Shown piece after piece: positions 1 to 12,800 of a DNA stretch of 64,000 nucleotides. Source of the stretch: Tubiluchus corallicola. Its lineage: Eukaryota > Animalia > Priapulida. Position 1 is the first letter of the stretch, and every line of letters begins with the position of its first letter. A model generated the notes under the pieces. The model searched no databases and had not been told where the DNA came from. It worked only from the letters and a program-made list of their open reading frames with translations. The stretch lies in the NCBI GenBank assembly GCA_030141605.1, contig JAQGDQ010000616.1, positions 63,411 to 127,410 of the forward strand. Reading direction: 5' to 3'. A program made the position numbers and the translations under genes.

Positions 1-1444
1 AGTAATCCAACATTAATAAAAGCAATTACAACAAAATTATTTAGTCAGATATCAACGTTAGCTGAAGGCTAAGGTCGTTACTTACCGGCGTGTGTAGGGT
101 GTCATGTGGCTTAGCAAATTTTCACTTTTGGGAGAAACAGTTTTTCTAATTACCGATTGTATAGTTGTGAAAACCTGTAGTGTTCTGCATTTTTCATAAT
201 CTTTCCATGTTTTAATGCTGGAGCTGAATGTTTAAGGACTGGTTAGGGCAGCAAAGTTTTTTTTGCCCCTGGGTTCCATAAGCACTTGCTGAGATACCGA
301 TAGTACTGACTAATTTTACCTGATTCAAATCAATCTGCATATTATATTGAAAATGAAACACACATGAAACAAATGAAACATTTAAACTGTATCAACTTTT
401 TAACTTCAGAAGCATACAAAATTTTACGCAACACTTACGTTCTATGCGCTCGCTCTTATAAATAAAGAACAGCCATTTTAAGTGAATGTCAGTAACTGGA
501 TAACATTGATTGTAATCACGAAAACTGAGAATGACAAATATTTTTTACTTTTACACATTTGGCAAATAAAGCTTTGATAAAAAGAAACTGTACTGGAAGG
601 GCAGTTCAGAGGTCGCATGCTTGCTTTCCATGCAGGAATTCAATTCCAGGAAAGGTTCAATTTCACCAGTGAGAATTGGGAAAAGTAAAATATGATGCTG
701 CTGGTTTGCCGTCGTATTAATAATAATAACCATTGTATAATTTCATACACTGTTCACAATATAAATTTAGGAAAACACCAGCAATTAATTGGCACAGAGT
801 CTGCTAAATAACGAGTGAATGTAAAGAGACAATAGCTGAATCACTGGTCAACTTATATATTTGGGGCTATGAAGTTAGGCACCACTCGGCCTAGATAGTA
901 AATGGATGTGCGACAGCTTTGAAAACTGGTTCAGTATGGTTTTGTCTACCATGCTGCACTACTACTCTCTTGGCAAAAGTATAAGAATGAAACATTTTAA
1001 CGTTTCTAAGACGCCTATGCCAGTTCAGTGTGTAAGAGGATTATTTTTGATAATTAGCCAAGTTCCAGTTCTGCCACAACAATCAAGCTATTAGTAAGCC
1101 TGCTTAAACAGCGTTACAAACTGCATAACAAAGCAAACAAAAGGTTGCATGTTGAACTGCATAAAAAAGGAAAGCAACATTAGTGGCCGGTAACAAAGTG
1201 ACAGGAAAAACATCACAATTACTTTTGACTAAGGCTAAGGTTCATTTTTTCTGTGTGACATTTTTACCTGGATTCCATTTATTTACTATTTCTCAAACAA
1301 ACAACAAAACACACGTAAGCTATGTACCAAGTCCTAATTCGAGTACAACAATGACAGATACAGCACATATCTGCAGTTAGCCAAAGGTCAATTGGTCATG
1401 GAATCCAGAAAGTCAAAAACCCGTCCAATCCAACATATACTTGC

Positions 1445-1586
1445 CCAGTGCATCTGGTCGGCCCGCAACATCGGGAATGGTAAAAACTCCAGCTACCTTG
1501 TGACCTTCTTTTAGCAAGCCACGATACACCTGTACTGCAAATGGACTTTGCCCAATTATCGCAACCCGTAGCTTGTCATAATAACT
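1445..1586 (-). CDS. ALDH1L2: Internal exon of 10-formyltetrahydrofolate dehydrogenase (ALDH1L family), N-terminal formyltransferase domain
   Basis: Translates SYYDKLRVAIIGQSPFAVQVYRGLLKEGHKVAGVFTIPDVAGRPDALG, matching the ALDH1L N-terminus (IGQSxF...GHxVVGVFT.PD..G..DPL). Acceptor ttacag|AGT at 1586; likely GC donor G|gcaagt at 1445. There is no ATG in the exon, so an N-terminal extension lies upstream. The gene continues off the left edge. L1 versus L2 is not resolved. Confidence 0.85.
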
Positions 1587-3816
1587 CTGTAAGTAACAAG
1601 AAAGTTCATACAATTTTCCTATCACATTTGCGGGATGGTCAGCAAATTTATACATAAAGTGTAAGTAAAACTCAAAGGTCTACAAGGCTAGACGATGACG
1701 GAATGTAGTGTCCTAATTGTCTAGGGCACCTGCAAAGTCAGCAGAATGTACCCGGTTCAAGCTCAAGCTGCATTCCAACTTTTTGACATTTCCTCCTTCT
1801 CAAGTTTGGTATCAAAATTTAATTAGTGGTGGGTTTCTAATATCAAGACAAGACGAGATGCAACTCCATAATGATAAAGCTAACATTTTATAAGTCTACC
1901 TAGAAACCAAATAAGGCCTATCATTGATTCTATAATTTACTCTATGAATGTTCATCCACTGCAGTCAACCACCTAGATTCTAGTAAGCAGGGACCATCTA
2001 CATGCGATTATACCAAATGAAAGTTTTTTACACCTGCAAAGCACCTCAATAGTCGTGGTAAACACCACCTTGTAGGGTATTAGTCCTAGTGTGAACTTTG
2101 CTAACTAATTTTTCCTATTAAAGTGGCACTCGCAATAATATTTTGAAAATATGAGATGTGGCAAGACGCCAAACTTTCAAACTAGAATTTACCAGTTGCG
2201 GGCAAATAATACCGGTTCTTTATGCACTATAAATTACTATAACTTAATTATCTTATCTCTTGTGTACCGAACTACTTATAGTACGAGTACTATCATTCTT
2301 AAAAAATGTTACTTACATATTTTAACATACACTACAAGATATATCCTACCACAGCTTTTTGCATAAAGCTTTATCTTGACACTGCCTATTTGCCAGGTCA
2401 CGCTGGGTATTTTCATAAGGTATTTCAAATATGAGGATGTGTGCATTTAGTTAGAGCCGACTCAGCCAATATGTAGTTTACAGATAGCAGTACCTTATAA
2501 GTAACTTAAAGCAAGTAAATAAATGAAATCGTGTTAGGTAAACAAATTCAATGACTGGTCCCGAGCAGCCTAAGCCATTACAGCTACTCAGTGTTAAATT
2601 CCAAGACAAAGCCTTCTAATTGAAAAGCAATTCACTTTATAACTAATCACGCTGAACTAACAGTGATAAACTGTCACACAAATGACACAACTGACAGTGC
2701 CAGAATAACTGTCATTAGTCACCTATTAGAAATGACTCGGTTAATCAGCTTAAGATGCTACAAGTTAAGAGAGTCATATACCTATAAGTGATATAATGTG
2801 TGTAAATACCTTTGCAAAATGTGCATAATCAACAGTAATCAATTTAATGCTACGCCTTTGAAGTCCTCCATTGAGTGGAGGAAAATTAAGATAAGTTTTC
2901 CAGGCAACTGCAATTTCAGTTCCTGGACTGTGCTTTCTCAAATTTTCCTCTAAATATTAAGATTTCTTCTGGGATAATGAGCAAGAAAATATGGGCATAC
3001 TATGATATACGTACGAGTAATAACACAAATTTAACTGTTCACTGCAGTTATAGTTAGTACAATTAAAATAATTACTTTAGTGCATAAACCTTATTTAAGA
3101 TGCAATGTGGAAAATGAATAAACTCTTGACTCTTGAAGCTTTCAGCCACAGTAACCTGTATGCAATAATATTGAAACATGCTGCTGAATAAAATAACATT
3201 TCAATCTTTGACTCTAAAACTGGAAATTAACAAATAAAATAACAGAGAAAGAACTACGTGAAACGACTCGGAGGAGAATACAGTTGCAAATTCTGAGAAT
3301 CGTATCAGGAATTCACTGTCGGAGAATGTGCTAGATGCTCCGTGATTAACAGGATTTAAAAGTACGTTGGATTATGAATGGGGCAACAGGTAGTATGATC
3401 TTGCTATGTAACACAACATATATTGAGTAAGAATTGTGTATGCTCACGGCAGTTGTACAACCTACAGTACGGGACTACCCTTTCAACCTGAAGTTTCATT
3501 AGATCACTTTGAACTTAAATTTAAAACAAAAATCAAACCTGTGAAGTCGAAAACCGCCTAATTAAAACTGAGGCTCGAAACATAATTTCGCTTAGAAAAT
3601 AGAAATAACAGAAAATAAACGCACAGAATTATCTTTATAAATATAACTAAAACAGCAGAAATTTAACACCACAATACACCGGCCACGCGATAGGCGTTTC
3701 GGTGCTGCCATCTAACGACTATTTTTAAAACTGAGATTTGTTGTAGCAACAAGAACAAGGTACAGCTTGGAACAGCTTAGTTGGGGCGGTTCCAAAAATA
3801 AAATCGTGATTTTGGA

Positions 3817-6800
3817 ATGGCACAACGTTTACAAGAGGAAGCAGCAGCATATTTACAGAAACATAAAATTTATGAACTGCTTGGAAACTTAACAGCACAG
3901 CTCATATTCACAAAGCCCGGTAAGTGTTACAAACAAGTTAGTAGCACTGATTAATTACTATGAGTGCAGAACTACTGTTATTTGAAATTAATGGGTATCA
4001 CTAGAGAATGTAATATCCGCCATGTGAAACATTGCGGATATTACATTCTTTTGTATCACTTGTCTTCTTGGATAATTTAAAGAAGGTAGTTTTAGTTTAT
4101 TTAAGAGTTTATTGTAATTTAGATTACACATCTGCACACAAAAATACACAGTTACAGAAGCTTGAACTATTGAAATAAAATTAATCATTAATTAATTGAG
4201 ACAGAGCGTAATAATTTTTAAATGAAAATTTGAGGTAATGCACTTTTAAAAAAATAATCACCAGACAGTGAATTCTATAGACATTAGTCCATGTTTAATG
4301 ATAAGCTTTGGAACAAAGAATTCTTATTCAGGGCTTACAGTTTTATACTTGCTGCATTGCTTGTGTAGGTTACCTAAAAATTACCCCTATGCTAATCTTA
4401 CCTAAAGAGCTCTTAAGTGCATGAACTGGGACCATCTGTGTTTTTCTCCTTGTATTTCAAACATTTTGGCAAAAGCTACTGAGCCCATGCAAACCAAATG
4501 TAACTAATACATTACATTATATTCATCTTTTATCAACAGGTAGTGTCACTAAAATAAAGTTGCAATATTAAACCTCTTTGTAACTCCTAGACTTTGCAAG
4601 CCATTTCTTAAAACTTTAAAATTAAAATTTTATTACAGCAAACTGAAATGTGTCAAATGAATTGTAGATTATTTCAGTGATATGAACTGAATGAATAGCA
4701 GGCAGATTCTGCACATCTATATGTTTAGCATTTAGAGGAGATTCATAATGGGATTAAGTGCAGACAAGCTGTCTAGAGTCTATAGACAGTTTGCTGAAAT
4801 AAAAACCTGTTTACTGAATCCTAAAGTATATGTAGCAGTGGCGGCTCGTAGTTAAAATTAGTGGGGTGCTGTTCAAAGATTTTTTGCCATTATTTCAATA
4901 CTGTGTAAAATGAAACAAACATATAAAAAAGAAAATTTATACATAAATTTGATAAAATCCATATCAAAAAATATTTTTTACTTACTAATATCCTAAATTG
5001 TTACAGGTCAACATAAAATTGATCCATTCATTTAAAAACATAATCCATCCTTCTTGTTTTACTTTGCACAAAAAGATTAATAATTTTCTCCTTGATCAAC
5101 ACTGTGTTAACGACAGTGCTTTCTCTGGTTAGCGTGCAGCATCTTGTGCACATAACAGCCAAATGCCACGATGCTGTGAAATGCACAGTTCCGTCACCTA
5201 CTCTGGTTCCATACAAGGATTAACAAGTACGTACAAGTATAAAGAAAGAATTAAAGAAAAAATACTCATTATATTGAGTGATATTGAGCGGTAATATCGA
5301 GTAAAAATAGGGGGTGCTGCAGTTCCACTATGCTTATAAAATGAGCCGTAACTGATACTTAGAAAGCCTAACATACGTTGTAAGTGAGATTTATCTGTCC
5401 AGTATAATTATTACTCATCGTACTCATCGATTCCGTTACAAAACAAATAATTTTGTAAAGTCTCTAATTTTTTATATTGCCAAATCCATTACACAAATTA
5501 GCTGCTGCTGCATCAACTACATGACTTATATCAAAACAAAACATGGTAATTAAGATTTCATGAGACATCTCCCAAAAAAAGTACATTTAACTAAAGTTCT
5601 GCTTCAGCAGTATAGCATGACACTTGAAGTCTTGGCACGTTGCTAGCAGTCATATCATATCAAAGTTTCTTCACTTCGAATATACTCCCCGATATCAGCC
5701 TGGTGAAATGCCACGATAGCCATGGGATTAGCACGCCTACAATCTGCAGTTGATTTCGCAAGAACACCAAAGCCTAATGGCAAATCGCTCATCGAATACA
5801 CCACAACCCCCTGGTACTGAGGCGTATTCTCGGTAATACGTCCGAGGCCAGATTTCATCACATGATTGCCGTACAAAAACTGCTGTTCTGCACTAGGTTT
5901 CAGCCAAATTTTGTACTTGGCATACGGTGCCAAATAATCGAGCGCAGTAATGTGTAGACGGAATCTCTTTGTCTTTGTAAACTTTCCAAAACATGTTCCG
6001 AAACTCATGAGGTTGTCATGACTAATATTTCCAGCTCGAAGCATTAAAGCCTCGCTTACATAATAAATGCGATCAGCATGAAGACGGAAGCAGTATGTGC
6101 CATCTGACCGATCTATAAGCAGCTTAATGTTTTCTCCAATGTATTTAGAAAGTTTTTCAAAAAATGTTCTTGTCTCATCTTCCGTGAGGGGACGCATTTT
6201 TCAATGTACGCAATTTCGCATCAAAATACAAAATATGTATACTTTGAAATGCAAGTGCTGAACACAACCTCAAATTCTGAACGAGTCACACAGGTGTCCA
6301 CAATTATTTCATGGGATGGCAATCTCATACCACATCATTAATTTTCCTCCATTGTTGGTCAGTGTACCTGTAGCCCATTACTGTGTAATGCAACCCAATA
6401 TTTTGTAAAGTAGTTAACTTCTTCATTAGCTACATTATCATGTAGTTGTAATCGAATCTTGAGATACTAGAATGACAGGAGACCAGAAGAAACCTGCAAA
6501 AAAGAAATTTAATTCTTACAGTACAATGAATGCTCTGTGCTGTAGACTAGTCTAGACTGGTATTTCTAGAAGCTTGAATGTAACTTACAGGTGATAAAAA
6601 TTCCAAAATAAGCAAATAACTTCAAGCAATTTTTTCCACTAGGCCTACACTACAGTTGTCATAGCCAAATAAATAAAATAAATGAGACAATATGCGAAAA
6701 TGTAGAGAAGGTAAACGATACGGGTCAGCACTGTAAGCTCAGGGTATGGGTCAGCATTGTAAGCACAGGGTATGGGCTAGCACTGTAAGCACAGGGCATC

Positions 6801-9800
6801 AGGCCAGCATTTTAAGCTTGTAGACTCATCGTATGGGCAGCACTGTAAGCTCAGGGTATGGGACAGTACTGTAAGCTCAGGGTATGGGTCAGCACTATAA
6901 GCTCAGGGTATGGGCCAGCACTGTAAGGTCAGGGTATGGGCCAGCACTGTAAGCTCAGGGTATGGGCCAGCGCGGTAAGCTCAAGGTATGGGCCAGCACT
7001 GTAAGCTCTCCAACTGAATCTCCAAGTACATCAAATATGGCATTTTTTGCATTCTGAAAAGCTTTTGAAAAATCATGATACACTCCAATGATCGAGTGCA
7101 CTTAAAAAGTTAGTTAAACATGCGCGGTCAAGCATAAATCCATGTTGGTGACACAACAGTAAATCATTATGCTTGAGATGTTCCATTATTGCATGCTGGA
7201 CTGTTTTCTACCTACACATATAACTTCGTGCACTGTAAGCTCAGGGTATGGGCTAGCACGGTAAGCTCAGGGTATGGGTCAGCATTGTAAGCACAGGGTA
7301 TGGGCTAGCACTGTAAGCACAGGGCATCAGGCCAGCATTTTAAGCTTGTAGACTCATCGTATGGGCAGCACTGTAAGCTCAGGGTATGGGACAGTACTGT
7401 AAACTCAGGGTAGGGGTCAGCACTATAAGCTCAGGGTATGGGCAAGCACTGTAAGGTCAGGGTATGGGCCAGCACTGTAAGCTCTCCAACTGAATCTGCA
7501 AGTACATCAAATATGGCATTTTCTGCATTCTGAAAAGCTTTTGAAAAATCATGATACACTCTAATGATCGAGTGCACTTAAAAAGTTAGTTAAACATGCG
7601 CGGTCACGCATAAATCCATGTTGGTGACACAACAGTAAATCATTATGCTTGAGATGTTCCATTATTACATGCTGGACTGTTTTCTACCTACACATATAAC
7701 TTCGTGCAACTTCCTACACAAACTTCGTTAGTTTTACTTGTAAAGATATTGCAATTTTTACCACGCGACACTTTCTAGCAACAGTAGGCTACCATGCACG
7801 TTCTTTCTGTGAGAAATCTGGTAGGTATAGACGCACTTTGATTCATAAATTTTAAGAGTTTCGTAAAGCTTTCTCTTATTGATTTCCAGCGTGTGGCGTT
7901 AACGTTATGTTCTGTTAAAACTATGTTACTGTAAATCAACTCAAAGGTAAAAATGGTAACTACTTTCAGTTATTCCTTCCCTGCGATTCACTGCTCCAGG
8001 CTCCACTTCATCTTTTCCAAAGTGAGCACAACCTATATTGTAATTGTAATTTATTGTCAACTTCAGTATTATCACATTGTAACTATATATCAAATCAATT
8101 ACATGTATTACATTTCAAATCAATGTAATTACAATAATTATAAAAGAGCTATATTACTATAATTACTAACTACATAATAGTTTATCAACAGGAAAAATAT
8201 ACTGCATGATGATCAAGAAGCAAGGCTTGTAAGACTACTAATGAAAAGTGGAGAAAAAACTGCTTAACAAGAAAAAATAGAAAAACAGAGAATAGTTAAG
8301 ATAAAATAATAGAGAAAAAGAGTAGAGAAATGAAATAGAAAGGAGTTCAGCAGAGACGTGATGCAAACGTATGAAAATATAAACTGTAATGCAACTAGTC
8401 GCGTGATGTACTGTAACTATCGCACTTCACGGCAAAACCCAAAAAATGCATTGTAAGTAAGATTTGAGCAGAAGAGATTTCATATATCTCTTAAAGCCAT
8501 ATAATCTTCGATGTGTTGCCTTGATACGATAGCCTTGACTTCAAGTATTTTGAATGCAAATTATGGATAGAGCTTGAAAACTCAGACATTTACTTGTCGC
8601 AGGCTTGTGGCTGTAATACTGAGTCTGTGTTATTGTTTTATGGACGTCATACACTCGCACTTGCTGGACTTCCCTTACACGACACTGTCTTGCCTTGCCG
8701 TGTAAACGTGGTGCATACTGCCTTGACATGCTATCTAGCACAATGTGCTGCCTTGTGATATGTCGCCTCCCCGTACATGGCACTAGAGAACAGGGCAATG
8801 CAGTACATAGAAAAGGGTACAATATGAAGCCCAAACCGTCGAATTGAAGTAAGCCGGTATTGAAATAAAAAGGCGGTTTGCTGGAATGTCGAGTAAGCCT
8901 GAACATCCTACGTAATATGTGATTTTAAAGATGGAACTTGGAGATTGTCTAATAACGTAGGTCTAATGCAAAAGATTTGAAACCAAGTCACTTTGTAAGG
9001 TGCTACTGCACTATGAATCCTATGAAATTTGTGAATATTGTGCACCTACAAGTTGAAGTTAACAACACTATAGCTAATGCTATTGCAATAAGTGTATTTT
9101 CCTCTTTATTCACTCTTTGGCATCTCCTACACTGAAGTGGACAAGTGAAAATGACTCTAGATGCATAGCTAGGGTAATCATATTCTGAGCAAGACAGCAG
9201 CCTATTTTAGACAAACTTAAACCTTGAACAAGATATACTAAAAGTAGTTTTAATAATTTTTCTCTCGAGCAAAACTTTACAACGGATTTTCGACATTGCA
9301 ACTAGTAAACGAAAGCTGTAAACATTCATCAATCCAACCTCATTCCAAAATATACATACGGGGTGAAAACTGCTGACAATTTTCTCCATGAAATGCCAGA
9401 ATGTCCCACAGTGCCAGCACTACCCATACGCGGGTTTTCAGCTGTCATGGCAATTTTACATCCCAGCCTAACCTCTGGAGGTACGAGATAATTAATTTGT
9501 CAATTTTGTGTGGAGGCAGCTCCATTACAGCTGCACCCTCAGAAGCCATGCAAGAACTTTGTCTTGTGAGCTAAGAGTCTGGAAAAGTGCTGACAGTGAA
9601 AAATATATTTAAGCTTTCCAGTGATATCCCGGGTCAAACCTCGAGCAAAGCCTATATCTTGACGGCTCAGACATCTCCCATAATAACGCATTTCTTATGC
9701 TTCTGATACCTATGAACTATTTTACTGTTATTTTGGTGTTTTTGTTGACTGTATTATGGTTTTAAATTCACGAAGTGACACATATTAATATAACAAAATC

Positions 9801-12800
9801 GCCATTATCACAAAGCATCATCATTAGACCTCTCTTTGTCAATTCGCTCACTGTCACTTTAGCATTTATATTGAATATTTATAATTTTAATTTCAAGATT
9901 AATTATTTAGATTAGTTAACTTAGATTTAATGAATGTTTTAAGTAAAACTTGACCAAAAAGCAGGAAATGTGTGAAAAAGTTGGGACTGAGCCCTGGTGT
10001 TGAACCATAGATTTTTGGATTACAGATCCAGTGGCCATACAAGGAACTGTGTATCGCAGTAGTCTTGACATGAGTTTGGACCCTTGTTCGGTGTTAGGCT
10101 CAGACTCAACTTTTTGACGTTTCCCACTTTTCCGTCAAATTTATTTAGATAATTCTCCTTGCCATTTAGCTTTGGTCTTGTTTGAGTAGTGAAGAGCTCA
10201 AAATGACTCAGAAAACCCCGACACAAGTGGAATTCACTCCCTGTGATCCTCAAAATCGGTAGCCATGTGTGATAAGCACTCTGTCACAGTATAATACCAG
10301 GCCAGTAAACAGATTTTCACAATTCAGAAATGTACTGGACTTGCCCATCATCCTCTTCTACTATTTGTCCTCCATGTTTTATTCTCTAATGCAATTTAAT
10401 AATGCGACTGCCGAAGCAAACTGGAAACAAAAACACTTCATTTCAGGTTTTTGTATAACATTTTGGTTGCTTAATTTATTTATTTTATCTTTATTTCAGT
10501 TTTTACTACTGTAATGTACACACTCAAACCAGAACTGCATTTCCATAGCTAAGTTGTCTATTCGAGAAAAATACAAATTTGCTCTAGTCTACAAAATTAT
10601 TACGTAATTATACTGTTTGGCAACAACTACTATTCCTGCAGAACTAATGAAATACGTGCTAGAAAAATACATTTTACAGAGTACTACACTAGATTAGAAA
10701 GCTAGAATGCATACGTACATTGTTGGTTCAGTTCACAAGGTCAGCAAAAATAGCCAGCTGCTGCCTAATCACAGCCTAAATTTTAAACATAACGGAAACA
10801 TGCGCACATAAGTTTTGCTTGTACAATGTAAGAGTAGAAAAGTAGTCTAGCTCGTAATACTACAATCTAACATATTGTGGTTTCCAATGCATATGCTACC
10901 TTGGGAACAGGTAATGGAGCAAAACATTTGTACCTGCAACATCTACTGTTAAATTAAAGAAAATGATACTAAAAATAAAATAAAATTACCAATAGTCAAA
11001 ATGTCAGTAGAGTAAATCATGTTGCGCAATAGCTACCAGTGCCAGACAAAATTTTTAACAAAATTGCATTATTGCTAGCTCTGCAGTTTCCCTGAGCATG
11101 TGTGAGATTGACTTGATAGTGGATTGATAGGCTCTTCAATGGTAAGCACAGTAAGCTTATTTGCATTTTAATTAAATCCGACTTTGTTCTAACAGAGCAC
11201 AACAAAGAGGCTCATTTGTTTAGATTTTCTAAATAGGCATGACCAATTTGTCCATCTTATTTTTTTAAGAATGTGCCTAAACATACTGCGTCTTTTCGTA
11301 TGTAAGGAGGCCTCTCTGAAAAGTGCTTGTGCTTAAGCTCAGCAACTAGAGAATCTGATAGTAAATGAGGTGCAGTTTTAATATGTCTGTAAGACAGTGC
11401 AAGTGTTATGAAAGTCAGAATAAGAGTATGACAATAACATCAACAATAATTATTGTTGGTCTACATAGCTTTATTATATTTTGTTAATTTGAGATAACTT
11501 GGAAAACCATTCGTACACATAATTGAGTATTCATTGTGTGTACTTACCTTTGAAGTAAGCAATGCTGAGCCTGGCTATCGCATTCACAGGTGATCGTCAG
11601 AAGTACTTTGTTCATATCTAGGTGTTTCGTCTGCTGCATTGCCCCTGCAGGTCATTGCAGGAGTATGTAAGCAAATCTGAAAGTGCCTACCTCTGCAGGG
11701 TTTAACTCAGATTAAACTCAGAAGATTATTTTAGAAAATGAGCTACATTCTGGTTCTACCATCGGCATTAGCAGGCGTGGATCGAATGCTGGATTCTAGC
11801 CTATTAGTGTGGGGGACTGCATTAAAATTTATTTAAATAATACAGTCACACTACTTGTTTGACTTGTATTGGTAGAGACTGAAGAAGTTGCTAATCACTA
11901 TGAGTTAAGTGAAATATAGGGGCCATATTTGTATGCATTATAGCACATCAAGACTTGTACATCAAGCAGTTTGTTGTGCATTACTAATTGTTTGTCTCTT
12001 CTGATTGAGTGGTAAGCTTCACTAACTAAGTGACTAACTAACCAACTGATATTGCACAGTACAAAATTCTTAACTGGTTTTACTGCCTCAAAATATCGAA
12101 ATTGATTGAATTGTTATGCAACTACGCATGCAGCCAGGGCTTCTGCATATTTTTTGTTCATTGAATTTTAGTGATTGTCACCAATCAGGTTGCACCAGGC
12201 ATTGCCAACTTTCTCCCAAAATTGCTGTTATCAAAAATAAGAGTTTCAACTTACAGGTTACTACCTTCTAGGCAGTGGCGCTTGGCCTCGGCTTAGCGTA
12301 ACCCGAATATAAAAGGCTTTAATGACTGTAATAGCTGTAAGGAAAGCAGACAACCGAGTGGATTCATTTTAGCTCTCGTTTACCAGATAATGCAAGATCC
12401 GCCAGGGTCTTATTTACAACGATGACGTCGAAATATGTGAGCATGCGCATTACTTGCAGCAGCGAGATCACTGCAAGTGTAGTCAGGTACTGTAGCTTTG
12501 ATTTTGCAAAGGTGATGAAAATGGATCGTTTCAGCGATGTAAAGGAGAAAATATTCGCTATTTTGAATGAACACCAATTCATTGTATATAGTGTGTCCGT
12601 TTTTACCACAGTAATCTCAATTGCGGCTGCATGTTTGTATACTATAGCCCGTCAAAAAACCGCCAGAGCTTTGGCTACAGTAAACAGCAGAATGCATTGT
12701 GAAAATAAGGACGACGCCGCGGTTACCAAGTCAACAACACCTACAGAGGCTGAAATTTCGCAAGAAGAAATAGAAAATTGTAAAAATGTGAGCGAAGACA

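Noticed and set aside
2014-2068. Candidate ALDH1L mitochondrial-presequence exon (WCLPRLLRCFAGVKNFHL, - strand)
   Set aside because: Composition is plausible, but splice sites are weak and no compatible start exon was identified.
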